Shown here: in pieces, positions 1 to 9,371 of the stretch
Position numbering within the stretch: position 1 is the first letter of the stretch
Layout of the letters: every line of letters starts with the position of its first letter
Source of the DNA: Bacteroidota bacterium
Lineage (GTDB): Bacteria > Bacteroidota > Bacteroidia > Chitinophagales > BACL12
Length of the DNA stretch: 64,000 nucleotides
Assembly: GCA_016718035.1 (NCBI GenBank)
Contig: JADKEK010000010.1
Span: forward strand, 120,289 to 184,288
Reading direction: 5' to 3'
Translations under genes and position numbers: made by a program
Notes under the pieces: model-generated
Seen by the model: the letters and a program-made list of their open reading frames with translations, nothing else
What the model was told of the DNA's origin: nothing
Database searches by the model: none

Positions 1-2
1 TT

Positions 3-986
3 GCTGTATTAACAGATGGTACTGTAATTACATTGCCTTCAGCAGCAACTGCTACCTTACAAGTAATTCATAATAGTGCAGATCCTGCAGCTGAAGTTGT
101 AGATATTTATGTTGAAGAAGTATTAACTGTAGACAATTTTGTTTTCAGAACCGCAACAGGAACTATTACCATTCCTTCCGGTGTTCCGGTATCGATTGGT
201 GTTGCGCCGGGAACAAGTATGGGTGCAGCAGATATTCTTGCCAACTTCGATATAACATTTGCTGATAATCAAAATTATGTAGCTGTTGCAAATGGTGTAT
301 TAAATCCTGCAACATTTGCAGCAAATCCTGATGGGATTTCTACTGCATTTACTTTATTTTCTGCGGATAATATTCGTCTCGTAGCTGATGATGCTTCCAA
401 AGTGGAATTCATTGCCGTACATGGTGCATCTGATGCTCCAACTGTAGATGTAAGGGTTGGTGGAACGCCATTAGTAGATGACGCATCTTATGGTGATATT
501 ACAGGTTATATAGCAGTTGATCCTGATACTTATATATTGGATGTAACAACCGCAGATGGCGCAACTACCGTGGCTTCTTATTCAGCTCCTCTCGATGGAT
601 TAGCCGGTGGTACTGCTGTTGTATTTGCTTCAGGCTTCTTAAATCCTGCAGTTAATAACGATGGCCCTACTTTTGGTTTATTTGCTGCATTGGTCGACGG
701 AACAGTAGTGCAATTTTCTACATTTGTTGGTGTAAATGATAATATCAGTTTAATTGGATTGTCTGCATATCCTAATCCAACTACAAATACGCTGATTTTA
801 ACGAATGGCAATAATACTAATTATCAGGCTTCAATGATGAATATGAATGGACAACTTGTAAAATCATTTAATGTAGCTAGTGGTGGTAATACAATTAACG
901 TAACCGACTTGTCGGCCGGAATGTATACTATCTTAGTATCTGATGGTAAATCAAGTTATCAAACAAAAGTATCTATAATTAAATAA
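3..986 (+). CDS. Secreted DUF4397-like protein with T9SS type A C-terminal sorting domain; the 5' end lies outside the window
   Basis: The frame is open from nt 3, with no stop before the listed ORF start at 33. It has repeated beta-rich segments of the DUF4397 kind (e.g. VDVRVGGTPLVDDASYGDITGYIAVDPDTYILDV). The last ~80 aa (LSAYPNPTTNTLIL...LSAGMYTILVSDGKSSYQTKVSIIK) fit the Por/T9SS CTD pattern. Confidence 0.7.
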   Translation, partial: AVLTDGTVITLPSAATATLQVIHNSADPAAEVVDIYVEEVLTVDNFVFRTATGTITIPSGVPVSIGVAPGTSMGAADILANFDITFADNQNYVAVANGVLNPATFAANPDGISTAFTLFSADNIRLVADDASKVEFIAVHGASDAPTVDVRVGGTPLVDDASYGDITGYIAVDPDTYILDVTTADGATTVASYSAPLDGLAGGTAVVFASGFLNPAVNNDGPTFGLFAALVDGTVVQFSTFVGVNDNISLIGLSAYPNPTTNTLILTNGNNTNYQASMMNMNGQLVKSFNVASGGNTINVTDLSAGMYTILVSDGKSSYQTKVSIIK

Positions 987-998
987 TCAGGTTTAATC

Positions 999-1033
999 AA
1001 AAAAAAATCCCACATATTATGTGGGATTTTTTT
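999..1033. terminator. Bidirectional rho-independent terminator between convergent genes
   Basis: A-run, then stem tcccacat / atgtgggat around a short AT loop, then a T-run. It lies between the stop at 986 (+) and the stop at 1090 (-). Confidence 0.6.
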
Positions 1034-1089
1034 GCTTTATATGATTTTGATATTTTTAATTTAGCAATATTTTTTCGTTGCAACTATAT

Positions 1090-3093
1090 TTAATTTTTAA
1101 TAAACTTCCCGGTTGTTATCAATTCACCAAACTGAATACGAACAAAATACATACCGCTAGTTAAATCTGCTATATTGATGGTAATCGAATTACCGTTTAT
1201 AGATGATAATACGATGTGTTTTCCGGTAATATCCAAAATTTCAATAGTGCCATTTCCTGTTACGCCGGATAATTCGAAATTAATCAATGTTGAAGCAGGA
1301 TTAGGTTTGATTATTAAATCAGTAGTTGCAGGTATATCATCAATTCCGGTAATACAAGGCATTACTAATAATGAACCCGGAGTTCCTGCAGGGCAGCTTT
1401 CCATCCAATTAGATGGTTTGTTCATATTCTCTCCAATGCTTACAATTTGTAAAGCAGTTCCACCACCATCGGGAGATAATGGATAAGGAGCAACATCTTC
1501 AAAACTTACGCTTTGGAAAATTTGTCCGTCCTGGTCGTAAATTGCAATGATATCGCCACCATCATTAAATCCAAAATTTAATGGTCCAACTTTATTGGTT
1601 ACATCAGGAAACTGACTACTAAATAATGCTTCATCTTGATACAATACCAAATAACCACCGTCGCCGGTTACCATTGTACCTTCCGGAACAATAAAACTAT
1701 TTCCACTTTCATCTTGAATGGTAAATCCAGATATATCGAAATCGGTTTCCGACCAATTAAATAATTCGAACCAGTCGCCTGAATTTGCAACATCAGCAGC
1801 GTGATAATTAATTTCATCTATAATGGGGTTCTCAAAACAATTAGTATATGCCTCTCCCGGTGAGCCAAGCACACATCCTGCAAACCATGACGTAGAAGAA
1901 GCTGGTTCGTTAATAGTAAAATCGAATTCCATTGTCCGTCCAAAACCATCTGCTGTTGCAGGCCATGGGAATTTATCTTCGAAAACAAATCCGGTAATTA
2001 ATTGTCCCACAGGATTGCGTAAAACTATGGAATCGCCATCATTTGAAAAATTAAATACCATGTCGCCAACAACATTTGTTACACCAGGATACACTGCACT
2101 AAACTGTGCTAAGTTTTCAGCAACAACTAGATATCCACCGGCAGGTAAAACTACATTATCACCAATTTTATAGTTGGTATAAAATTCTTTATTTCCAATT
2201 TGATATGACGTTAAAACAATATCCACTGCAGTCGGATTATATAATTCAATCCAATCACCGAGTTTACAAGTATTACTGTTATAATTAACTTCACTTATGA
2301 CAATAGCAAAATCGGCAACTCCTGGGAAATTGGCTGTAAATGTAGTATTGTCCGTAAAATTATTATTAAATGATAGTGCTGTGGCATCTGTAATAAAAGG
2401 ATTGTCGCTCCAGTTGGTAAATGTAAATCCCGGATTTGGAATAGCTGTGACAGTAACCGGTACACCATCAAAATATACGCCTGACCAAGGTAAATTTTCA
2501 GGAATAATTGTTGAAATTTTAATATATCCGGCACCGGGGGGATTTACTTCTAAAGTAACAGTAACCTGGTCGTTTAAATCAAAATAATTTTCAATTTCAT
2601 TGCGCTGATAACCAACACGTGGTTCAAAAAAATCTTTTAATTCATTTACACCTGAATTCCACGCACCTACACTTGGGGTTCCCCAACGACCATATTGTGC
2701 GGGTATTTCATCCTGAATTTCATCTGCATTTACATCGATTAAATTTTCTACAATTTCCCATGTGAAATAATAGTTCATTAAATCGGCATATCTGTTAATA
2801 AAATAATTTCTGAAATCAGTATTGTCTACAAGCTCATTCATCATATTAATTTCTTCGCTTAAATAAGGGAAGTTAATAAGCGATTGAATACTATTGCATG
2901 AAGGACATTCCGAACCGGCTCCTGTATCCCATAAAATAAATTTCCATTTCATATCAGGTTCATATGAGCGGAAACATCTTAAATTATAGGCCATTTCATC
3001 GTTGTTTACAAAAAATTGTAAAGCAAAATGATCTACCCAATTTTCAATATCAATTAATTCCAATGCTAATGCATAATCGTCAGGATTAGTCAT
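1090..3093 (-). CDS. CotH-family protein, C-terminal fragment (CotH C-half, two lamin-tail domains, T9SS CTD). It continues the 3228..4466 ORF across a frameshift.
   Basis: WVDHFALQFFVNNDEMAYNLRCF...ILWDTGAG is CotH-like. There are two LTD units (ISEVNYNS..GDWIELYNPT..GGYLVVAEN and IDEINYHA..GDWFELFNWS..GGYLVLYQD). The C-terminal IKPNPASTLINFEL...GMYFVRIQFG is a T9SS CTD. The Met at 3093 is not a real start: this frame stays open up to 3237 and reads IFLRNNQGVNPDKVDIIRSGAGEDVW... Confidence 0.75.
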   Translation of the reverse strand: MTNPDDYALALELIDIENWVDHFALQFFVNNDEMAYNLRCFRSYEPDMKWKFILWDTGAGSECPSCNSIQSLINFPYLSEEINMMNELVDNTDFRNYFINRYADLMNYYFTWEIVENLIDVNADEIQDEIPAQYGRWGTPSVGAWNSGVNELKDFFEPRVGYQRNEIENYFDLNDQVTVTLEVNPPGAGYIKISTIIPENLPWSGVYFDGVPVTVTAIPNPGFTFTNWSDNPFITDATALSFNNNFTDNTTFTANFPGVADFAIVISEVNYNSNTCKLGDWIELYNPTAVDIVLTSYQIGNKEFYTNYKIGDNVVLPAGGYLVVAENLAQFSAVYPGVTNVVGDMVFNFSNDGDSIVLRNPVGQLITGFVFEDKFPWPATADGFGRTMEFDFTINEPASSTSWFAGCVLGSPGEAYTNCFENPIIDEINYHAADVANSGDWFELFNWSETDFDISGFTIQDESGNSFIVPEGTMVTGDGGYLVLYQDEALFSSQFPDVTNKVGPLNFGFNDGGDIIAIYDQDGQIFQSVSFEDVAPYPLSPDGGGTALQIVSIGENMNKPSNWMESCPAGTPGSLLVMPCITGIDDIPATTDLIIKPNPASTLINFELSGVTGNGTIEILDITGKHIVLSSINGNSITINIADLTSGMYFVRIQFGELITTGKFIKN

Positions 3094-3227
3094 CGAATGG
3101 GTATTAAAAAAAGTTTTTAAATCATTATACGCAGTAATGGTACCTGCTTCAGCAATGTCCCAAACATCTTCACCTGCGCCACTTCTGATGATATCAACTT
3201 TATCAGGATTTACACCTTGATTGTTTC

Positions 3228-4466
3228 TTAAAAATATTTATCTAATTCTTCTCTTGATGAATATAGTCCCCAATATGCGCCATTAATAAACGTGGCTACG
3301 TTTTGATAAGCCGGTGTTACAATATGTGTTTGTGCCGCTAGTCGGTTGTTGATTACATCCTTCATTCTGGCATTAGAATTTCCCCAATCGTTATTAGCGC
3401 GAACACGAAATCCGTTTAAAGAATCTAATGGTTTATAATTTTCAAAAACATTAAAATCATATTCGCTATTATCACCAAAATCTTCATCAGCGGTAAACTG
3501 CATGCCTTTTTGCGGATAAACAGCGATAGAAGAATTTCCTGCAGCTTCAAACTTGATATTTTTACTAATTTTTTGAACGTGGTCTGCAGTAAAGTATTCA
3601 ACACCGGCAGGTATTTGTGGATTGTCAGGTTCCCATCCGTCTGCGCCATCATAAGCAGCTTCACAACTTAAACCTTCGTTAAACATATCACAGGAATTGG
3701 AACTGATACTAACTACCGGTAATTGTGTAGTCTCATCAATAAAAAATGTTCCGGTAATTGTTCTACTAGGCAATTTGCCCGGTTGTTTAGATACTGCTTT
3801 TACTACCTTGGTAGCACTAATGGTAATTGGTCCTGTATAGGATATGCCATCAACATCAGGCCAGTCGCCATTTGTGGTATATAAAATATCAGTTCCGCTT
3901 ATTGTTACATCAACACTTCCAGCATAAAAACCCGGTGCAGTGGTAAATATTGGTTCATCTGAATATGCGGAATAACAAGTAACATCGTTCGGGTCTTTTG
4001 CTGTTTCCGTATCAGCATAACACCAATCACCACCATCAGGTATACGCGCCATAACATCAGTAGCATATACATTACCAATGGTAACGCTGTCAATCAAATT
4101 ACCGCTTTCATCATAAAGCGCAACCGTTTCACCATTACTTAATTTAAAGTTGGTATGTAAATAATTGACAATACCGGGGCATCCGTAACAATCGCGATTT
4201 TTTTCTGATGCGAAAATTAATAATCGTTCTCCGGCTTCAATAATGTAATTCGGTAATAACCACTTATTCCAGGTATCCGGGTTATCGGTAATGCCATATT
4301 GTTGTACGTTAATATCAGCAACGCCAATATTCATTATCTCAATCCAATCCGGAAATTGACCATCTTCATCAGCCACAACGCGATTATTTGGTGCTATTTC
4401 ATTAATTACCAGCTGTGCTGTTACCAATTGCGGAACGGCCAACAATAGAAGGAGGAGCTTTTTCAT
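3228..4466 (-). CDS. CotH-family protein, N-terminal fragment (signal peptide, lamin-tail domain, CotH N-half), truncated by a frameshift
   Basis: Signal peptide MKKLLLLLLAVPQLVTAQ. LTD motif LVINEIAPNN...FPDWIEIMN...AGERLLIFASEKN. The CotH-like segment FRVRANNDWGNSNARMKDVINNRLA...INGAYWGLYSSREELDKYF ends abruptly in mid-domain at a stop inside an A/T homopolymer. Confidence 0.75.
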   Translation of the reverse strand: MKKLLLLLLAVPQLVTAQLVINEIAPNNRVVADEDGQFPDWIEIMNIGVADINVQQYGITDNPDTWNKWLLPNYIIEAGERLLIFASEKNRDCYGCPGIVNYLHTNFKLSNGETVALYDESGNLIDSVTIGNVYATDVMARIPDGGDWCYADTETAKDPNDVTCYSAYSDEPIFTTAPGFYAGSVDVTISGTDILYTTNGDWPDVDGISYTGPITISATKVVKAVSKQPGKLPSRTITGTFFIDETTQLPVVSISSNSCDMFNEGLSCEAAYDGADGWEPDNPQIPAGVEYFTADHVQKISKNIKFEAAGNSSIAVYPQKGMQFTADEDFGDNSEYDFNVFENYKPLDSLNGFRVRANNDWGNSNARMKDVINNRLAAQTHIVTPAYQNVATFINGAYWGLYSSREELDKYF

Positions 4467-4727
4467 GAAGCTAATTTAACTATTAATTCATAATTGCTTC
4501 ATATTGGGTTTAACCTGAGGGGCGGCTACCTAAAATGTAAAGCTAGTATAACAATGATGTTAAAATTATGTGTAATGACAGGAAATTTGCCTGGAAACTA
4601 CATAGTAGTAGCACAAACGACTAGAAGAATTGGTCCAAACGCAACAAAAATTACAAATTAATTGGTTATCTTGTGACTTCAAATTTATCAGGCAAACCCA
4701 CAAAATTTTAAAATTTCACCCTTTTTT

Positions 4728-6059
4728 ATGAAGACCTTAACCAGATTTTTATTGACTTTTTTATGCCTATTAGGTAGCAAACAGCTGCTTATAGCTCAAA
4801 CGGATTGTGATAATGTGACATCAGGCAATATTCCAATTACTGAAATTGGAACCGGATTTTTTATGGGCTATCAAGGCGGATTATATCCCGGTGGTTCTAA
4901 TAATATTCCACCTGCTCATTTACTTGCCGGAAGAAATATGGGCAATACCATAAAACCTTTAAATGCAGAAGGAGCAGTAGATATGGACAATGGTAAAATT
5001 GTTTTTGTAGCCTTTGGAGCCTCTACCGCAGGTAATACTTTTAATACATTTAAAGCAACAGTAAATTCCACACCGGATATTTATAATCCTTGTTTGAAAT
5101 TTGTTAATTTATGTATGGGTGGCAAAGGATTGGAAACAATGATACCACCTCAACATGATTGGTACTGGGCACAAATTGCTGACACTTTAATGGAAGATTT
5201 TGAAGTAACTGCGGAACAAGTACAAATTGGTTGGATTAAAACGGCATCTAAAGATGATTCTATTCCTGAATTTCCTATGCAAGCTGATTCTATTTATGAT
5301 AAATATATTCCGTCTATTCAACGAATAAAAGAAAATTTTCCGAATATTCGCATATTATACATCAGTAGTCATGCATATGGCGGTTATGCTGGCGAATTAT
5401 CTGATAATGCCGATTTAGCCGGTGAACCAGCTGCATATTATGGCGGATTTGCTGTTAAATGGGTAATAGAAGATCAAATTGAAGGCTCACCTGAACTTGA
5501 TTATTTAGGAGTTGATGCAGTTTCACCCTGGTTGGCATGGGGGCCTTACTTTTGGGCAGATGGATTAACGCCCAGAGCAGCTGATGGATTAATTTGGGAA
5601 TGTGAAGATTATGAACCTGATGGTGGAGGATTTCACTTATCAGAATCAGGCAAAACTAAAGAGTCGGAGATGCTGATTGATTTTTTATATAATCATCCCA
5701 CTTCGAAAAAATGGTTCCGCAACGGTCCAAAATGGAGTAGTTGTGATCCGGCAGGAAGATTGGCTGATGGGTCTATAATTGAAAACGATTCCGAAACCGA
5801 TTATTTTGAAGATGCACTTACAATTTATCCTTCACCAAATGACGGTAATTTTTATGTATCATGGAATAATATAATAGCTGGAAATTGTTTATTGCAATTG
5901 GCAAATAGCCAGGGACAGGTTATTTACAATAAAACATTACAACTTGCAGAAGGTGATGTAAATCAACACATCAGTATACCAAATTTACCTTCGGGTATTT
6001 ATTTTATTAATGTAATGGCAAATAATACAAGGCTGACAAAAACGCTTACGATAAAGTGA
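4728..6059 (+). CDS. Secreted hypothetical protein with T9SS type A C-terminal sorting domain
   Basis: Signal peptide MKTLTRFLLTFLCLLGSKQLLIAQ. I do not recognise the ~350-aa N-terminal domain. The C-terminal LTIYPSPNDGNFYV...LPSGIYFINVMANNTRLTKTLTIK is a T9SS CTD. Confidence 0.7.
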   Translation: MKTLTRFLLTFLCLLGSKQLLIAQTDCDNVTSGNIPITEIGTGFFMGYQGGLYPGGSNNIPPAHLLAGRNMGNTIKPLNAEGAVDMDNGKIVFVAFGASTAGNTFNTFKATVNSTPDIYNPCLKFVNLCMGGKGLETMIPPQHDWYWAQIADTLMEDFEVTAEQVQIGWIKTASKDDSIPEFPMQADSIYDKYIPSIQRIKENFPNIRILYISSHAYGGYAGELSDNADLAGEPAAYYGGFAVKWVIEDQIEGSPELDYLGVDAVSPWLAWGPYFWADGLTPRAADGLIWECEDYEPDGGGFHLSESGKTKESEMLIDFLYNHPTSKKWFRNGPKWSSCDPAGRLADGSIIENDSETDYFEDALTIYPSPNDGNFYVSWNNIIAGNCLLQLANSQGQVIYNKTLQLAEGDVNQHISIPNLPSGIYFINVMANNTRLTKTLTIK

Positions 6060-6071
6060 AAAAAATACCAT

Positions 6072-6103
6072 AAAAAAAAGACCTCAATTGAGGTCTTTTT
6101 TTT
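6072..6103. terminator. Bidirectional rho-independent terminator
   Basis: aaaaaaaa-gacctc-aatt-gaggtc-ttttttttt between convergent stops at 6059 (+) and 6124 (-). Confidence 0.7.
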
Positions 6104-6123
6104 ATGCTAAATCAATTTTACGA

Positions 6124-6522
6124 TTATTTTTTATCAAATAATGGCTGCAGTGTTAACCACGCTAATGCCGGAAATAAATGCATAGGTGCAGCTAAGCCTA
6201 AAAATAACTCAGGTGCCATAATATCTAATGGCAAAGCAGTTGAAAGCGGGCCATAAAAGCTCGCAATAGAAAGGGTTGCCAGCAAAATATTAAAAAGAAC
6301 CACACCATTTTTCTTTACATATTTGGTTATGAAAAAATAACCAATTGCCATTACAACACCGGCAAATATATTGGCGCCAATTATAGAACCGTAATTAATG
6401 ATGGCGGAAAAATCGGTCATCATGGCAAAATAATAAATTTTGTCCCAAACTATACAGGCTATGGTTGATGCTATTGCTGCAACTAGCCCTCTGATTAATA
6501 CTGCTTTAAATGTCATACCCAT
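6124..6522 (-). CDS. Small integral membrane protein (about four predicted TM helices), function unknown
   Basis: The 132-aa ORF is strongly hydrophobic throughout. Its start is adjacent to the stop of the upstream YceI-like gene, which suggests an operon. Confidence 0.55.
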   Translation of the reverse strand: MGMTFKAVLIRGLVAAIASTIACIVWDKIYYFAMMTDFSAIINYGSIIGANIFAGVVMAIGYFFITKYVKKNGVVLFNILLATLSIASFYGPLSTALPLDIMAPELFLGLAAPMHLFPALAWLTLQPLFDKK

Positions 6523-7055
6523 TATTTAGTTACAGGTACACTAACTGATAATTTGATAACTTCCGATGCTGTACCGCCCGGTTCACCAATTTTCCAATCG
6601 TTGCGGTTTACCTCAAAGTTGCCTTTAAATGATGCACCGGTACTTGTTTTTTCTATTGTAAATGGAATGGTGATTTCTTTTTGTACACCATGCATATCAA
6701 GTATCCCTTTAGTCATTAATCCTGTACTTCCTTTGAAAACAGAAGTGGAGGTAAATTTAATTGTAGGATAAGTTTCAGCATCAAACCATTTTTTACTCAC
6801 TGCATGTTTGTTCTGCATGCCGTTTCCGGTATTGATAGAATTTACATCAATTGTCACTTCAAATTTAGAAGCACCTAAATCATTTTCATCAAAAGCAATA
6901 CTGCCTTTTAAATCGTTAAATACACCTGATGGGTCTGCACTGCTAAAAGCTACTGAATAGCCATCAGCAATTTTCCATGTTTGTGCCGATTTAAATGTAA
7001 AGGCCGAGGCGAGCAACAATACAACTGCTGCTAAAGGAAAGATTATTTTTTTCAT
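6522..7055 (-). CDS. YceI-like periplasmic polyisoprenoid-binding family protein
   Basis: Signal peptide, then WKIADGYSVAFSS...LKGSIAFDENDLGASKFEVTIDVNSINTGN..KHAVSKKWFDAETYPTIKFTST, which is characteristic of the YceI family. Confidence 0.75.
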   Translation of the reverse strand: MKKIIFPLAAVVLLLASAFTFKSAQTWKIADGYSVAFSSADPSGVFNDLKGSIAFDENDLGASKFEVTIDVNSINTGNGMQNKHAVSKKWFDAETYPTIKFTSTSVFKGSTGLMTKGILDMHGVQKEITIPFTIEKTSTGASFKGNFEVNRNDWKIGEPGGTASEVIKLSVSVPVTK

Positions 7056-7076
7056 AGTTTATTCATTTTTAACCCT

Positions 7077-7096
7077 AAATGTATGTATATACATTT
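7077..7096. promoter_or_regulatory. 20-bp palindrome, a candidate operator upstream of the yceI-like operon
   Basis: aaatgtat-gtat-atacattt: perfect 8-nt inverted arms with a 4-nt spacer, 22-41 nt upstream of the start codon at 7055. Confidence 0.25.
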
Positions 7097-7164
7097 AAGT
7101 TCCCAAAAATAGGTTAAATTTTATTAAATATGTTCGGGAAGGATTAGAATGCCCTAAACACGGG

Positions 7165-7689
7165 CTATTCAGGGAACCGATAGCCGTTGAGAAACATTTG
7201 GCTGACGTTAAAAATCGGATATTCACCAGGGCCAATAATGAGCATTACGGCCATATTATTGCCATCTACCCATCCTTTCACCTGCACTTGAGTACCGGTG
7301 TCATCAGCCCAGTAATCGATAACTCCAACGGCTTCGGGATTGTATTCAGTAGTATGTCCTTTACCATAACCGGCAGCACTTACTATAGCAAAACTGGATT
7401 GTAAAAAGTCCAAATAGGAAATCAGCAATGCTTCATTGAGCATTTTATCATCACCAATACTTTCTTTAAAATCAATAGCAATTATGGAAAACACAAAACT
7501 ATCCACCTCTACATCTGCCGTATAAACCAACGAGCTATCTTCAGAATAGCTAATACTAAATTCCGGCTCACCAGGAAAATAGGCTGCTCCGGCACTTTCG
7601 CCGATGTCGTATTTGGTAAATCTAGGCACCTGCGCATTAACTAGCGTAAAACAAATAATACTCAAAGTGAATAATACTAATTTTTTCAT
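7165..7689 (-). CDS. Secreted hypothetical protein
   Basis: The likely start is MKKLVLFTLSIICFTLVNAQ at 7689. The longer ORF start at 7722 would overlap the upstream terminator hairpin. I recognise no domain. Confidence 0.6.
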   Translation of the reverse strand: MKKLVLFTLSIICFTLVNAQVPRFTKYDIGESAGAAYFPGEPEFSISYSEDSSLVYTADVEVDSFVFSIIAIDFKESIGDDKMLNEALLISYLDFLQSSFAIVSAAGYGKGHTTEYNPEAVGVIDYWADDTGTQVQVKGWVDGNNMAVMLIIGPGEYPIFNVSQMFLNGYRFPE

Positions 7690-7700
7690 GTCAATAAAGG

Positions 7701-7730
7701 TAAAATAAAAAAGCGGCATCATTGTGCCGC
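7701..7730 (-). terminator. Rho-independent terminator of the Kelch-repeat gene
   Basis: The minus strand reads gcggca-caatga-tgccgc followed by ttttttatttta, just downstream of the stop at 7753. Confidence 0.6.
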
Positions 7731-7752
7731 TTTTTAAAACTTTTTTTTATCA

Positions 7753-9222
7753 TTAATCAATCATTACTTTTTTTACTATTCGGTTACCTGTTTCATCATG
7801 AATAATTAATATGTAATTACCCGGAACCAAATCTGTTACCTGCATACTTGTTGTATTATTTGCTATGTTCATCATTTTCACTGCTCTGCCATTCAAGTCA
7901 TATAATGTAGCATAAGTTGCAGCATATATAGTTGGTATTTCAATATTCAATACCACACTTGACGGATTGGGATATACAATAGCCTCAAAAACGGGGTTAA
8001 TAATTTCTTCAGCAATAAGACGTAATGGTGCAGTAAAAATATCAACGCGTTTGGTATTGGTTGGAGTAGGATAGCCATAAGCTATAGTTCCACCTGCAAA
8101 AAATCCTTTACTGCCAACAGTTGTAGCAGCAACACCAGTGCGTGCAATAGATAAATTTTGTGTTGACCAACTGTTTAAAATTGGGTCATAAATTTGTACC
8201 AAGTCGGTATAAGTTCCTGCAGGAACTAAACTACCACCGGCAGCATATAATTTACCATTTATTACACTCAATGAAAATCCTGTTACATTGGTTGGCATTG
8301 TAATTGTACTCCAAGTATTAGTGAGTGTATTGAGCACATAAATATCGTTCGCATTTCCACCAAGTCCGCCACCAAAATAGGCATTATTACCAATTACAAC
8401 TGACCTCATGGCTGATTTAGCAATTGGCATATATACTACTGACCATGAATTGGTAGATGCATTGTAAATATCCACATTGGTTACATCACCCATATTACCG
8501 GTACCGCCTGCAAAAATGATTAAATCACCCACTACAGCAACAGCAATATTTTCACGTTTTTTAGAAAGTGTAGTTTTTGTCCAAATACCTGTTGTTACAT
8601 CATAAATATCGGCGTTATTGGAAGGTACAATATTATAGGACATGTCCCAATACCAACCTCCCGCAAAAACTATTTTATTTCCTGCAGCGCCAACTGCAAT
8701 ATTTGATCTTGCTTTAGATAAATTGGCAGTTGTTCTCGCACCGGTTACTGCATCGAAAATATCTACCTTTTTATACATATTTACCGGACCGGCAATGTCT
8801 GTTCGGCCAGTTCCACCTGCAAATACTACTTTATTGCCAATGGCACCTGCTCCACCAATTTCTCTTGCAGTAGATAAATTGAGTGTAGACCAGGTATTAG
8901 TAGTACTGTTATAAACATTTACTGTTTTGGTGTATTGTGGGTCGGCAAAATAGCCATATTTACCACCTGCAAAATATACTTTATCACCATAACTTACTAC
9001 ATCAATCAATGTTCTGGCAATGGTTAAATTGCCATAAGTATGCACACCTGTTACAGCATTAAATACATTCCATTCAGTACCATTTGAAAAAACGGCACAA
9101 GTAGAGGTGGAAGCTGCATACATATTGACAGCTGCCGTATTGGTTGAATCTATTACCCATTGGGCTTTGCCAAGGCTAATAATCATCAACATAACACTAA
9201 ATAATAACAATCTCTTTTTCAT
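7753..9222 (-). CDS. Kelch-repeat (beta-propeller) protein with T9SS type A C-terminal sorting domain
   Basis: The likely start is MKKRLLLFSVMLMIISLGKAQ at 9222. At least seven blades each carry an xxFAGG motif (KVYFAGGKYG, KVVFAGGTGR, KIVFAGGWYW, LIIFAGGTGN, NAYFGGGLGG, KLYAAGGSLV, KGFFAGGTIA). The C-terminal IVYPNPSSVVLNIE...LVPGNYILIIHD is a T9SS CTD. Confidence 0.75.
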   Translation of the reverse strand: MKKRLLLFSVMLMIISLGKAQWVIDSTNTAAVNMYAASTSTCAVFSNGTEWNVFNAVTGVHTYGNLTIARTLIDVVSYGDKVYFAGGKYGYFADPQYTKTVNVYNSTTNTWSTLNLSTAREIGGAGAIGNKVVFAGGTGRTDIAGPVNMYKKVDIFDAVTGARTTANLSKARSNIAVGAAGNKIVFAGGWYWDMSYNIVPSNNADIYDVTTGIWTKTTLSKKRENIAVAVVGDLIIFAGGTGNMGDVTNVDIYNASTNSWSVVYMPIAKSAMRSVVIGNNAYFGGGLGGNANDIYVLNTLTNTWSTITMPTNVTGFSLSVINGKLYAAGGSLVPAGTYTDLVQIYDPILNSWSTQNLSIARTGVAATTVGSKGFFAGGTIAYGYPTPTNTKRVDIFTAPLRLIAEEIINPVFEAIVYPNPSSVVLNIEIPTIYAATYATLYDLNGRAVKMMNIANNTTSMQVTDLVPGNYILIIHDETGNRIVKKVMID

Positions 9223-9371
9223 AATTTTGGTTTTTAGAAAACACATTTATATTACAAAGTTCTCTCGTAACCAAAGAGGGTAATGTGACAATTGTTACTT
9301 AGCGGGGTGACAGATATTGCTGGTTTCCAACAATTTTAAGGGTATCTTTTAAGTAATTAATGAGGTATGAA

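Noticed and set aside
3226-3237. Programmed -1 ribosomal frameshifting in the CotH gene
   Set aside because: The same one-base A-run deficit breaks two unrelated genes elsewhere in the window. No slippery heptamer plus downstream structure typical of programmed sites is evident. An error or a simple mutation is more parsimonious.
578-4093. Short ORFs antisense to or nested in the DUF4397 and CotH genes (578..811, 1175..1486, 1823..2173, 2106..2288, 2295..2534, 2297..2587, 3425..3664, 3905..4093)
   Set aside because: These are shadow ORFs inside long, well-supported CDSs. Their low-complexity or odd composition has no recognisable motifs.
7690-7722. N-terminal extensions of several ORF-track entries (e.g. 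7722, 9246, 26365, 31924, 36682, 49799, 49774, 52024, 53215, 59571)
   Set aside because: An internal Met followed by a canonical signal peptide or family N-terminus, or overlap with a terminator or neighbouring gene, makes the shorter start more likely. Coordinates were adjusted in the feature list.
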